Shown here piece after piece: positions 29,001 to 36,053 of a stretch of 64,000 nt of DNA. The translations under genes and the position numbers were made by a program. The stretch comes from Alphaproteobacteria bacterium (GTDB lineage Bacteria; Pseudomonadota; Alphaproteobacteria; SP197). Below the pieces are notes generated by a model. The model saw nothing but the letters and a program-made list of their open reading frames with translations. It was not told the DNA's origin and made no database searches. The stretch covers positions 3,888,331 through 3,952,330 of the forward strand of contig OZ220705.1 in the NCBI GenBank assembly GCA_965116515.1, given 5' to 3'. Each line of letters opens with the position of its first letter. The stretch's first letter is position 1.

Positions 29001-32000
29001 ACCACCGGGCTTCTCGGTCAGCGAGCTTGCGACATTTCCGACGGCGTTTGTTTCAGCCGCGCTTTCGTTCGAACTCTCGGGGCTGAAGGCGGGCGATCGC
29101 GTGCTCATCCACGCCGGGGCAGGCGGGGTAGGCCTTGCGGCCATCCAGTTGGCGCAGGCGGCGGGCGCGGAGGTCTTCGCCACGGCGAGTGCGCGCAAGC
29201 GGGACCATCTCCGATCGCTGGGCGTGACTCATGTGTTCGACAGCCGCACGACGGCCTTCGGCCAGGATATCCTGGAGGTGACAGACGGCGCCGGCGTCGA
29301 CATGGTGCTGAACAGCCTGACCGGCGAGGGCTTCATCGAGACCAGCCTGTCATGCCTCGCCCGAGGCGGGCGCTTCGTCGAAATGGGCCGGGTCGGCATC
29401 CTGAGCCACGACGAGATGGCGGCTGCGCGTCCGGACGTGTCCTATGCCATCCTCATGATCGACGCTCTCAAGGAGGACGAACCCGCACGCGCCGGTGACA
29501 TCCTGCGCGGCGTGATGGCGCGGCTTGCCGCCGGAGAGTTGACCCCGCTGCTCCACGCGCGATGGCCCGTGGCCGAAGTGGGAGCTGCGATGAAGTGCAT
29601 GCAGGGCGCCCGGCACATCGGCAAGATCGTCTTCACCAACTCGCCGCTCGCCAGGGGAGCCCTGCGGGGTGACCGGAGCTATCTCGTCACCGGTGGACTT
29701 GGCGGCATCGGCTGCGCGGTGGCGGAATGGCTGGCGGACCGCGGCGCCGGTTCCATCGTGCTCAACGGCCGACGGTCTCCCGACCCAGACGTCGAGCGGG
29801 TGATCGAGGCACTCCGCAAGAGGGGAGCCGAGGTGCGGGTGGAAATAGCCGATATGACCGATCCGCCCGCGATGGACGCCATGATGGCGCGGATCGACGA
29901 GGACCTGCCGCCACTCGCGGGCGTGATCCACAGCGTCGGTGTCCTTTCGGACGCCGCGATCGGCAATCAGAGCTGGGAGAACTTCGAAACGGTGCTCTGG
30001 CCCAAGATTCTGGGAGCATGGCATCTGCACAGGGCGACCGAAAATCGCGATCTCGACATGTTCGTTCTCTTCTCGAGTGTCGCGGGCGTTCTTGGTAATC
30101 CGGGCCAGGCCAACCATGCGGCGGCGAATGCGTTCCTCGACCAGCTCGCCGCGCACCGTCGCTCCCTCGGGCTTGCCGGCCAGGTCATTGCCTGGGGCGC
30201 CTGGTCGGAGATCGGGGAGGCTGAGGAACAGCGGGAGCGGATGTCCCGGCGCTCCGCGTCGGGCGGGCTCGAGTGGATCGTTCCGCAACAGGGCATGAGG
30301 GCCTTCGACCGGCTGGTGCGCGAGGACGCCACGGCGTCCGTGGTGCTCGCGCGTGACTGGACGGCGTTTGGAGAATCGCTCGAGAGCCGTCCGCCCCTGC
30401 TGGAGGACCTGTTGTCAGACGGTGCCGACGACGGCGCCGATGATTCCCTGGCCGACGATCTGTTCACCCGCCTGCAGGATGCGCCCGCGGCAATGCGCGA
30501 AGACGTGATGGCGTCGTTTATCCAGGGAGAAATCAAGGCTGTACTCAGGCTTCCTAGACCGCCGGCGCCCACGGTCGGGTTTTTCGACCTGGGCATGGAT
30601 TCCCTGATGGCGGTGGAGTTCCGCAATCGGCTCAACCGCGCCTTCGCAGGCGCTTACACGGCGTCCAATACGGTGGTGTTCGACTACCCCGACATCGCCG
30701 CACTCTCCGCCTTTCTCGCGGATGAGCTTGCCGGAGTCGTGGGCGCCGACGTGCCCGCCGCGCGAACCGTGCCGGCAGCCGTGCGCGATCACGACAACAC
30801 TTCGGACGGCATCGCCATTGTGGGCATGGCCTGCCGATTCCCGGGAGCACCAGATCTGCCGGCTTTCTGGCGTCACCTTGATTCCGGCTCGAGTGCCGTC
30901 ACCGGGGAGCGTCCCGAGACAGGCCCCTGGAGTGGCTACATCGACCATCTGCCCCCGCAATACGCGGAATTCGGCAACGCAGGCTTCATCGACGGGATCG
31001 ATCAGTTCGATGCCCGCTTCTTCGGTATCTCGCCGATCGAGGCACGGCTGGTCGATCCACAGCAACGGATGCTGCTGGAAACGACCTGGCAGGCCCTGGA
31101 GGACGCGGGGATCGACCCCGACCGGCTCAAGGGCAGTCGCACCGGGGTCTATGCCGGCATAGCGAGCAGCGAATACCGCGACCTGATGAGGAACGAGGAT
31201 TACGGTATCGGCTATCTCAGCACCGCTGCGAGCATGGCGGTTGGCCGGCTTTCGTTCCGCTTCGGTCTTGGCGGGCCCGCGATGCCCGTGGAACTCAACT
31301 GCGCTTCATCGCTGGTTGCGGTGCACCATGCCGTCACGGACCTGCGCCTGGGCACGGTGCACATGGCCTTGGCCGGCGGTGCGAGCGCCGTCCTGTCTGC
31401 GCCGGTGACGCGCGAAATGGCTGATCTGGGCCTTCTGTCGCGCGGCGGTGCATGCCGGACCTTCGATGCGAAAGCGGACGGGTTTGTGCGGGGCGAGGGC
31501 TGTGGCGTGATCATCCTCAAGCGTCTTGCAGACGCGGAGGCCGACGGCGATCGGATCTGGGCGGTGATCCGCGGCTCTGCGGTCAACCAGAACGGCGCGG
31601 CCGCCGGTGCAACGGTGCCGAACGGCCCGGCTCAGGAACGGGTGATCGAGCAGGCGCTCTCGCAGGCCGGCTTCGCCCCCGGCGAAGTGGACTACCTGGA
31701 GGCACACGGCGCCGGTTCGGCGTTTGGCGATCCCATCGAGGTACAGGCAGCGGCGGCGGTGTATGGAAGGGAGAGAGCCAGCGACCGCCCGCTACTGATC
31801 GGTTCGGTAAAGACCAGTATCGGACATCTCGAGTCGGCGGCCGGCATCGCCGGACTGATGAAGACCGTGCTGGCCATGAACCGGGGCGCCATTCCCCGCC
31901 ACCTGAACTTCCGGACCCCGAATCCGCTCATCGAGTGGGACCGGTTGCCAGTGCGGGTGACGGAGGAAGCGACCGCCTGGCCATGCGATACCGCCCGACC

Positions 32001-33252
32001 ACCGAGGGCCGGGGTGAGCGCCTTCGGAATCTCGGGAGTCAACGCCCATGTCGTGTTGGAGGGATATGCTGCCGAGGGCCCTGTGCCCGTGGGGCCGGCG
32101 CTGCCGACCGCAGTCTCCCTGCCGAAACCGATTGCCGCTCAACCCCAGGAGGAGATTGCGCTCGCAGCGCGCACCATGCGTCTCTTGCCGCTTTCGGCCA
32201 AGTCGGATGACGCGCTGAGAGCGCTCGCCGAGCGGTACCTTGGATGGCTTGACGAGCGGTCCGACGAACTGGCGCCGGGAGAAGCTGCATCCGGTTCCCT
32301 GCTGTCCGACATGGCATGGACGGCCGGAGTGGGAAGGAGCCATCTTGCACATCGCGCCGGCCTCGTGTTCCGTGACGCCGCGGCGCTGCGGGCGGGTTTG
32401 AAGGCTCTGGTGGCATCCCGGGACCTCCCGGAACCCGGGACACCTGCAAAGGTTGCATTCGCCTACCCGGAGGAGTTGGGCAACTGGACTGCCCTGGCGG
32501 GGACACTCTACGAGATCGAACCGGTGGTCCGGGCGGTACTCGACCGCTGTGAGGCCGCCATGCACGACCGGTGGAACGAGTCGCTGCTCGAAAGACTGTT
32601 CCGCCGAAGCGAACCGGTTGATCCGGCATGGGCGCGGCCCATGGTCTGTTCCCTGGCATGTGCGCTCACGGCGCTCTGGTCGAGCATCGGCATCCGGCCA
32701 GGCGTGGCGATCGGCTGGGGAGCCGGCGAACTGGCGGCAGCCCAGGCCGCCGGCGTCTTCGATCTGGAGCAGGGGCTCACGCTTGCGACGGAACCGGACG
32801 ATGCACCCGAAGTCATCATGCCATCCCCGCCATCGATCAGCCTCGTCAGCAGCGCCACGGGGCGGCTGGTCGATCCAGGCGACATGCCGGACGGAGCTCG
32901 CTGGAGTCGTCAGACGCACGTCCGGGCGGCCCCGGAGCGTTGCGCTGGCACTTTGGCGGAACTGGACGTCGACGCGATGATCGAGATCGGCCCTGGAACC
33001 GAATTCGGATCGATGCTCGCCCGTGCCTCGACGGCGGCTGCCGACAGCGGCGTGGCGGTTTCGATCGAGACCCTGCGGCGATCAGGCGGAGACGAGGACG
33101 GCGGCTTCATCGCTGCGGTCGCCGCAGCCTACGAGGCGGGCCTTGCGGTGTCCTTCGAGGGTCTCTTTGCGGGCGAGGCCAGGCGCCGGATCGCGCTTCC
33201 CGGCTACCCGTTCCAGCGCCGAAGCCACTGGCTCGTGTCGCGCGAACGGTAG
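23041..33252 (+). CDS. Type I polyketide synthase, single 3403-aa ORF. Domain order: KS-AT-DH-cMT-(KR structural subdomain)-ER-KR-ACP-KS-AT0 (degenerate, truncated AT). No TE or R domain.
   Basis: KS1 DTACSSSLVA, EAHGTGT, NIGHLE. AT1 GHSLGE. DH HPLLGTRHESASGEVAFDTEVFPSDPTWLNDHRV. cMT LEIGAGTG. ER HAGAGGVG. KR TGGLGGIG. ACP LGMDSLMAVE. KS2 ELNCASSLVA, EAHGAGS, SIGHLE. Second AT-like region has GWGAGE in place of GHSLGE. Confidence 0.9.
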   Translation: MTDPDRPEGRKQGVSAGSEAMAIVGMACRFPGADDLFAFWRMLEEGKSGVIEGVPGSGVGRIGELFAEGEGRAPACRFGAYLDELDRFDAAFFRISPVEAQFLDPQQRMMLETCWRALEDAGIDPDNLKGSRTGVFAGISNNEYRGLILERTRPDEPAASLYSVTGTSFNTAIGRVSFALGLEGPALALDTACSSSLVAIHQAVTALQRDEADVALAGGVHAILSGRLLEMRANAGMLSPDGRCATFDAAANGYVRGEGCGIVVIKRLSDAEADGDRIWAVIRGTALNQDGASPGLTVPSGPAQEKVMESALKQAGLSPSDVDYVEAHGTGTEVGDPIEAQATGTAYGHGRDPERPLLIGSVKTNIGHLEAAAGVAGVIKTVLAMRRGVIPRHLHFRDPSPEIDWDRLPLQVTAEPTEWPRSAGAPPRAGVSGFGWSGTNAHVVLEGYGDRHDTVAEDPGRWTDGPPGCIAIIQPSSIEGAAPVAKTLASRGSRILPLSGRSNEALRELAGSYLSWLDEGTRADSAEALADMAWTAAVGRSHFECRSAVVFHDAGSLRAALQDLREAGGTRVPAAARKVAFAYTGQASQWPGMGEALYASEPAVRAVLDRCDAILAKERDASLLDVMFGRPGAAGDLDEPRWKQPAIYALECALTALWDTLGVRPNVVVGHSLGEIAAAQAAGVFSLEEGLRFAAARGGLIGALPGDGAMAAVFAPAPRVAEALDEHNAASDGIGLCIAVDNGAQQVISGPAVEIDAILGRLEGQDIRAVKLRRSPAYHSAMIDPALDDLEGALAGTAFAPPSIPFVSNLTGRALEAGVAPDASYWRRQVREPVAFRACIETLAEFGVDAIIEIGPHAVLGPMATMAWPESAAEPPVVLSSLRRPGKDEEPPPAGSGGGFMEAVAGAYDAGLALDFPGLFTGETRCRIALPGYAFQRERYWVEGTRRRSQTGHPLLGTRHESASGEVAFDTEVFPSDPTWLNDHRVFGRLIAPGALYGAMAATSIRGDGGGEAAVEDFQIQNALVFPEDDAEERSNDRGRRMQVLLDDDDHGSRRIRILSRGDSEDTWTLHAEGRIPTDSSGSTRPPSRLDVEGMKAGLLPVDLAAYYRSKAAVGIDLGPSFRTLQALWAHAGEAVADVVLPVEREGDALDVHPLVLDGCFQAVGAARNAGSDGEDVTYLPFAWERLWLAGSLPGRLVCHVKMREIPPGPQADADDYEPEVRAADLWLYDPDGVLVGELAGFTVKRATRAALLASVEGIDDLIYEIVWRDSSLAPGMLPADFLTGPRDIAADTQLFSNYLANEDVGAQSRAALLADLEQLARAYALQTLDRIGWQRIAGERVESEALREHLEVGDHHRRLFRRMLDMLAQDGVLEDQGDSFVVNVSSGAPLPGGLASDPDAVAGDMAARYAHGTTEIGLFRRSADALADVLQGRMDPLTLLFSSGEPTAADLYLKAPVARAANRMLADATAALLRALPEGRTLRILEIGAGTGSATAAILPEFPEGRYEYTYTDISAGFFAEAESRFGGAEASINYRVLDIEKDPVEQDFDRHGYDLVIASNVLHATRYLNETLAHCLKVLAPSGQLVALENLRGQGWLDLTFGQLDGWWRFADTYRPHHALATPAVWRQALGDAGFGDIAILGFDESDPNANPDRGVILARGPADVSETPGIWVLAADRGGVAADLAADLAAHNQTVVLAGPQAPPGEPTEAAGVVKTLVEAERRESWTSLLEDLPGDLAGVVHLAGLDGHGAQATTAELAEDTRHAAASALALTQALVDSDLALSKGLWFLTRGAQILERERGGQLTGAALWGFGKVAAREAPQLQPRMLDLDPDDAVLPSGLADEFLHPDAETHIARRFGRRLGARLVRAEAVADRLILPEEPGWELKPDAGGSLDSIGIMQVPPLRLEPGEVRAAVDAFGLNFRDVFIAIGVVDDFMGGEFCGRVLEVGEGVTGVSVGDRVVGLTFRNYGSETVTLEKMIVPAPPGFSVSELATFPTAFVSAALSFELSGLKAGDRVLIHAGAGGVGLAAIQLAQAAGAEVFATASARKRDHLRSLGVTHVFDSRTTAFGQDILEVTDGAGVDMVLNSLTGEGFIETSLSCLARGGRFVEMGRVGILSHDEMAAARPDVSYAILMIDALKEDEPARAGDILRGVMARLAAGELTPLLHARWPVAEVGAAMKCMQGARHIGKIVFTNSPLARGALRGDRSYLVTGGLGGIGCAVAEWLADRGAGSIVLNGRRSPDPDVERVIEALRKRGAEVRVEIADMTDPPAMDAMMARIDEDLPPLAGVIHSVGVLSDAAIGNQSWENFETVLWPKILGAWHLHRATENRDLDMFVLFSSVAGVLGNPGQANHAAANAFLDQLAAHRRSLGLAGQVIAWGAWSEIGEAEEQRERMSRRSASGGLEWIVPQQGMRAFDRLVREDATASVVLARDWTAFGESLESRPPLLEDLLSDGADDGADDSLADDLFTRLQDAPAAMREDVMASFIQGEIKAVLRLPRPPAPTVGFFDLGMDSLMAVEFRNRLNRAFAGAYTASNTVVFDYPDIAALSAFLADELAGVVGADVPAARTVPAAVRDHDNTSDGIAIVGMACRFPGAPDLPAFWRHLDSGSSAVTGERPETGPWSGYIDHLPPQYAEFGNAGFIDGIDQFDARFFGISPIEARLVDPQQRMLLETTWQALEDAGIDPDRLKGSRTGVYAGIASSEYRDLMRNEDYGIGYLSTAASMAVGRLSFRFGLGGPAMPVELNCASSLVAVHHAVTDLRLGTVHMALAGGASAVLSAPVTREMADLGLLSRGGACRTFDAKADGFVRGEGCGVIILKRLADAEADGDRIWAVIRGSAVNQNGAAAGATVPNGPAQERVIEQALSQAGFAPGEVDYLEAHGAGSAFGDPIEVQAAAAVYGRERASDRPLLIGSVKTSIGHLESAAGIAGLMKTVLAMNRGAIPRHLNFRTPNPLIEWDRLPVRVTEEATAWPCDTARPPRAGVSAFGISGVNAHVVLEGYAAEGPVPVGPALPTAVSLPKPIAAQPQEEIALAARTMRLLPLSAKSDDALRALAERYLGWLDERSDELAPGEAASGSLLSDMAWTAGVGRSHLAHRAGLVFRDAAALRAGLKALVASRDLPEPGTPAKVAFAYPEELGNWTALAGTLYEIEPVVRAVLDRCEAAMHDRWNESLLERLFRRSEPVDPAWARPMVCSLACALTALWSSIGIRPGVAIGWGAGELAAAQAAGVFDLEQGLTLATEPDDAPEVIMPSPPSISLVSSATGRLVDPGDMPDGARWSRQTHVRAAPERCAGTLAELDVDAMIEIGPGTEFGSMLARASTAAADSGVAVSIETLRRSGGDEDGGFIAAVAAAYEAGLAVSFEGLFAGEARRRIALPGYPFQRRSHWLVSRER
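23095..24384 (+). other. PKS domain KS1 (ketosynthase), active-site Cys codon at 23617..23619
   Basis: AIVGMACRFPGA ... DTACSSSLVA ... EAHGTGT ... NIGHLEAAAG ... NAHVVLEGY. Confidence 0.85.
24772..25870 (+). other. PKS domain AT1 (acyltransferase) plus post-AT linker. Active Ser codon at 25054..25056.
   Basis: FAYTGQASQWPGMG ... GHSLGEIAAAQAAG ... RRSPAYHSAMI (unusual specificity motif) ... RIALPGYAFQRERYWV. Confidence 0.8.
25897..26790 (+). other. PKS domain DH (dehydratase)
   Basis: HPLLG...P catalytic-His motif, then LDGCFQ and the hot-dog fold region. Confidence 0.7.
26880..27990 (+). other. PKS domain cMT (C-methyltransferase). Motif I LEIGAGTG at 27496..27519.
   Basis: LRILEIGAGTGSATAAILPEF ... 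YDLVIASNVLHAT. Confidence 0.75.
28050..28620 (+). other. PKS KR N-terminal structural (pseudo-KR) subdomain
   Basis: Rossmann-like region GIWVLAADRGGVAADLAADLAAH ... GVVHLAGLD preceding the ER, as in fully reducing modules. Confidence 0.5.
28680..29640 (+). other. PKS domain ER (enoylreductase, MDR family)
   Basis: LEPGEVRAAVDAFGLNFRDV ... DRVLIHAGAGGVGLAAIQLAQAAGAEVFATAS. Confidence 0.8.
29677..30250 (+). other. PKS domain KR (ketoreductase catalytic subdomain) with His in place of the catalytic Tyr (NHAAAN; His codon CAT at 30115..30117)
   Basis: SYLVTGGLGGIG ... FSSVAGVLGNPGQANHAAANAFLDQLA. Confidence 0.75.
30460..30700 (+). other. PKS domain ACP. Phosphopantetheine Ser codon at 30601..30603.
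   Basis: FFDLGMDSLMAVEFRNRLN. Confidence 0.8.
30808..32067 (+). other. PKS domain KS2 (second ketosynthase). Cys codon at 31300..31302.
   Basis: GIAIVGMACRFPGAP ... VELNCASSLVA ... EAHGAGSAFGDP ... SIGHLESAAG ... NAHVVLEGY. Confidence 0.8.
32449..33252 (+). other. PKS AT0: degenerate, shortened acyltransferase-like remnant (GWGAGE; Ala codon 32722..32724 where the catalytic Ser is expected). It is followed directly by the stop codon.
   Basis: KVAFAYPEELGNWT in place of FAYTGQASQWPGMG. IGWGAGELAAAQAAG. Only about 160 aa lie between this motif and the RRIALPGYPFQRRSHWL linker-like end, compared with about 260 aa in AT1. Confidence 0.7.
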
Positions 33253-34199
33253 GCGGGACCACGAGCGCGGGTTTCGTCTTCCGGATCCCCGTGCGCGGCC
33301 TTTCGGAAGCCAAGTCCTGTCAGGTACTCGCGCACCATCGCCGCGCATTGCGCGGGTTGTTCCAGTTGCAGAAAGTGTGACGCCTGTGGCACGAAGTCGT
33401 AGTCGACAGCCGACGCATGACTGAGGTCGAAGGTGGGGAGATACGCGTATGGCAGCGTCGGATCGGCGCCGATGACCTTGGTCGGGCAGATCAGAATCGA
33501 CAGATCCAGCAACGGCGAAAAGCTCCTCACGTACTCCGCGATCTGGGCTTCGTAGTCGCGAGGACAGCGCAGTTCGTACCCGTTTCCGTCGGCGCTCTCG
33601 CGAAGAGTCGACCGTGCCATGAGATCGCGCACGCCCGGTACAACCCGGGCAAATCCGGGAACGATGGCCAGGACTTCCGCATACTGCTCTTCGGACTTGA
33701 ACCGCTCCGTCCGGCGCCGGGTCATTGCGGCCGTCCTCTCCGCCGCCTCGATGAACTCCAGTTCGCTTGAGGCGGGTTTGCAGAGCGGCGGATCGAACAG
33801 GACCAGCGCGGAATAGGCGTCATTGAATGACAGCAGGGCGACAAGCGTCGACAGTGAATGAAACACTCCGACCGTCGTCTTTTCGCCGTACTCCCGGACG
33901 ATGGCATCGAGAATGATGTCATGATCGAAAATCAGTGTCGGAATGTTGTGGTCCCGCTGGGAACCGACCTCGTTCCAGCCGTGGTTCCTGAGGTCATAGA
34001 CCATCAGGTCGAAGTCATCGGCGAGCAACGACCAGAACGGATAGTAAAGGTCGGCCGCGAGACCGTTACCGTGGGTCAGAACAAGCCGTGGACCGGACGG
34101 GTTGCCGTATCGCCGCACGGTGGTCACGGTGCTCGTGTCGATCCGGACGTCGAACGTGGCAAGAGGCTCGGGTATCGTCCACATCGTTGCTTCCGTCAT
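33204..34199 (-). CDS. Alpha/beta-hydrolase-fold protein (candidate thioesterase/hydrolase). Convergent with the PKS gene and overlapping its 3' end by 49 bp.
   Basis: 332 aa from MTEATMWTIPEPL. Fold-typical HGNGLAADLYYPFW and a nucleophile-elbow-like VGVFHSLSTL that is non-canonical. Confidence 0.55.
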   Translation of the reverse strand: MTEATMWTIPEPLATFDVRIDTSTVTTVRRYGNPSGPRLVLTHGNGLAADLYYPFWSLLADDFDLMVYDLRNHGWNEVGSQRDHNIPTLIFDHDIILDAIVREYGEKTTVGVFHSLSTLVALLSFNDAYSALVLFDPPLCKPASSELEFIEAAERTAAMTRRRTERFKSEEQYAEVLAIVPGFARVVPGVRDLMARSTLRESADGNGYELRCPRDYEAQIAEYVRSFSPLLDLSILICPTKVIGADPTLPYAYLPTFDLSHASAVDYDFVPQASHFLQLEQPAQCAAMVREYLTGLGFRKAAHGDPEDETRARGPAYRSRDTSQWLRRWNG

Positions 34200-34707
34200 G
34201 ACGCTTGTGTCCGCTTTCCTCTCTATGCGGTGCCTGCAACGGGACACGGCATGACTTCAATGGTCGCCCACGTCACCGCAACGTTCACGGAATATTCGGA
34301 CGAATTGGTTTCCCCTGAATACAGGAACCTGGGGACGGTTGTCCGCTGTGTGGTGGTTCCCCGCGTGTCCGAAATCCGGGGAAACTTCCTTTCATCGGTC
34401 TTGAGATCAATGTTTCATAGTTTGCGTCCTGATACCACACACGAGACAGCCATCCCTTCCAGCCGTCCCGTGCTTGCCGGCCTCGGCGGAGACATCGCAC
34501 TCCACCGACGGGCCAAGCCAGGCAGCGAACGAACGACCATGATCGGTGGCGCATGGACCGGGCCAGGCTGCGGCCCCTCTGCATCTTCGGCAAACGCAGC
34601 GGGTTCGTTGTCGGGCAGACAACGTCACCGACACCGTGGTTGCCCTGGACCCGGGTATGGTAGAACGATCTCCTGGCACTCCGGGGGTCCGGGAGAGGGA
34701 TGACACC

Positions 34708-36042
34708 ATGGACGACCGACTCACGCAGTCACTTCAGGATCTCGACCGTCATCACCACCTGCATCCCTTTACCGATGCCCGCGTCTTCAATGACGCCGGC
34801 GTACGCGTCATCACCGGAGCCGAGGGCGTTTACCTGACCACCTCGCGCGGTCACCGCGTACTCGATGGCATGGCGGGCCTGTGGTGCGTGAACATTGGCT
34901 ACGGGCGCCCGGAACTTGCCCGTGCAGCCCATGACCAACTCCTCTCGCTGCCCTACTACAACACCTTCTTCCAGACATCGACCGTGCCCACCACCCGCCT
35001 CGCCGGACGCCTCGCGGAGATTGCTCCGGAGGGCTTCAACCATGTCTTCTTCGCCAATTCCGGATCGGAAGCAAACGACACGGCGGCGAAGATGGTGCGC
35101 TGGTACTGGCACACGAAGGGGAAGCCATCCCGCAAGACCATCATTTCCCGCCGCCATGCCTACCATGGTGTCACCATGGCGGCGGCGAGCATGTGCGGGC
35201 TCGAGGAGATGCACCCCCAGTTCGACCTACCCCTTCCCGGATTCATCCACGCGGACTGTCCATACTGGTACCGCTACGGCCGCGGGATGGACCCGGAAGA
35301 CTTCGGTATCGCCGCGGCCCGCTCGGTCGAACGGCTGATTACCGAGAACGGCCCGGAGAACATCGGCGCGTTCATCGGCGAACCGGTGATGGGTGCCGGT
35401 GGGGTCATCGTGCCTCCGGAAAGCTATTGGCCGGAAATCATGAGAATTTGCCGCCGATACGACATCCTCGTCATAGCCGATGAGGTGATCTGCGGGTTTG
35501 GCCGGACGGGCGAATGGTTCGGCAGCAACACCTTCGGCATCGAACCCGACATCATGACCATCGCCAAGGGACTCTCGTCAGGCTATCAGCCCATCAGCGG
35601 CGTACTCGTGCACGACCGGATTGCCGGCGTGATGGTCGAAGAAGGTGGGGAGTTTCAACATGGATTCACGTGGTCGGGCCATCCTGTTGCCGCCGCCGTG
35701 GCGCTGGAGAACATCGACATTCTCCGGCGCGAGGCCATCATCGAGACATGCCGGAACGTGACCGCGCCGCACCTGCAGCAGCGCCTGCGGGATCTTGTCG
35801 ATCGTCCTCTCGTCGGCGAGGTGCGTGGCGTGGGCATGATGGCAGCGGTGGAACTCCGCGGCAATAAGGGCACCGCCGCCATGGTTCGCGAAGAGGCATG
35901 GAAACGTGGCCTTCTCGTCCGCGCGACCGGAGAATCGCTCATCCTGTCACCGCCCCTCATCATCACGACGGACGAGGTCGACATGCTGGCAGATACACTC
36001 CTTGCGACACTCGACGCCGTCGAATCACAGCCCGCCGCATGA
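34708..36042 (+). CDS. Class III (omega) aminotransferase, PLP-dependent (putrescine/beta-alanine-pyruvate aminotransferase-like)
   Basis: GAEGVYLTTSRGHRVLDGMAGLWCVNIGYGRPEL, FANSGSEANDTAAKM, ADEVICGFGRTGEWFG, TIAKGLSSGYQP (PLP Lys). ATG at 34708 with a GGGAGAGGGA RBS. Confidence 0.85.
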   Translation: MDDRLTQSLQDLDRHHHLHPFTDARVFNDAGVRVITGAEGVYLTTSRGHRVLDGMAGLWCVNIGYGRPELARAAHDQLLSLPYYNTFFQTSTVPTTRLAGRLAEIAPEGFNHVFFANSGSEANDTAAKMVRWYWHTKGKPSRKTIISRRHAYHGVTMAAASMCGLEEMHPQFDLPLPGFIHADCPYWYRYGRGMDPEDFGIAAARSVERLITENGPENIGAFIGEPVMGAGGVIVPPESYWPEIMRICRRYDILVIADEVICGFGRTGEWFGSNTFGIEPDIMTIAKGLSSGYQPISGVLVHDRIAGVMVEEGGEFQHGFTWSGHPVAAAVALENIDILRREAIIETCRNVTAPHLQQRLRDLVDRPLVGEVRGVGMMAAVELRGNKGTAAMVREEAWKRGLLVRATGESLILSPPLIITTDEVDMLADTLLATLDAVESQPAA

Positions 36043-36053
36043 GGTTCTGAGCC

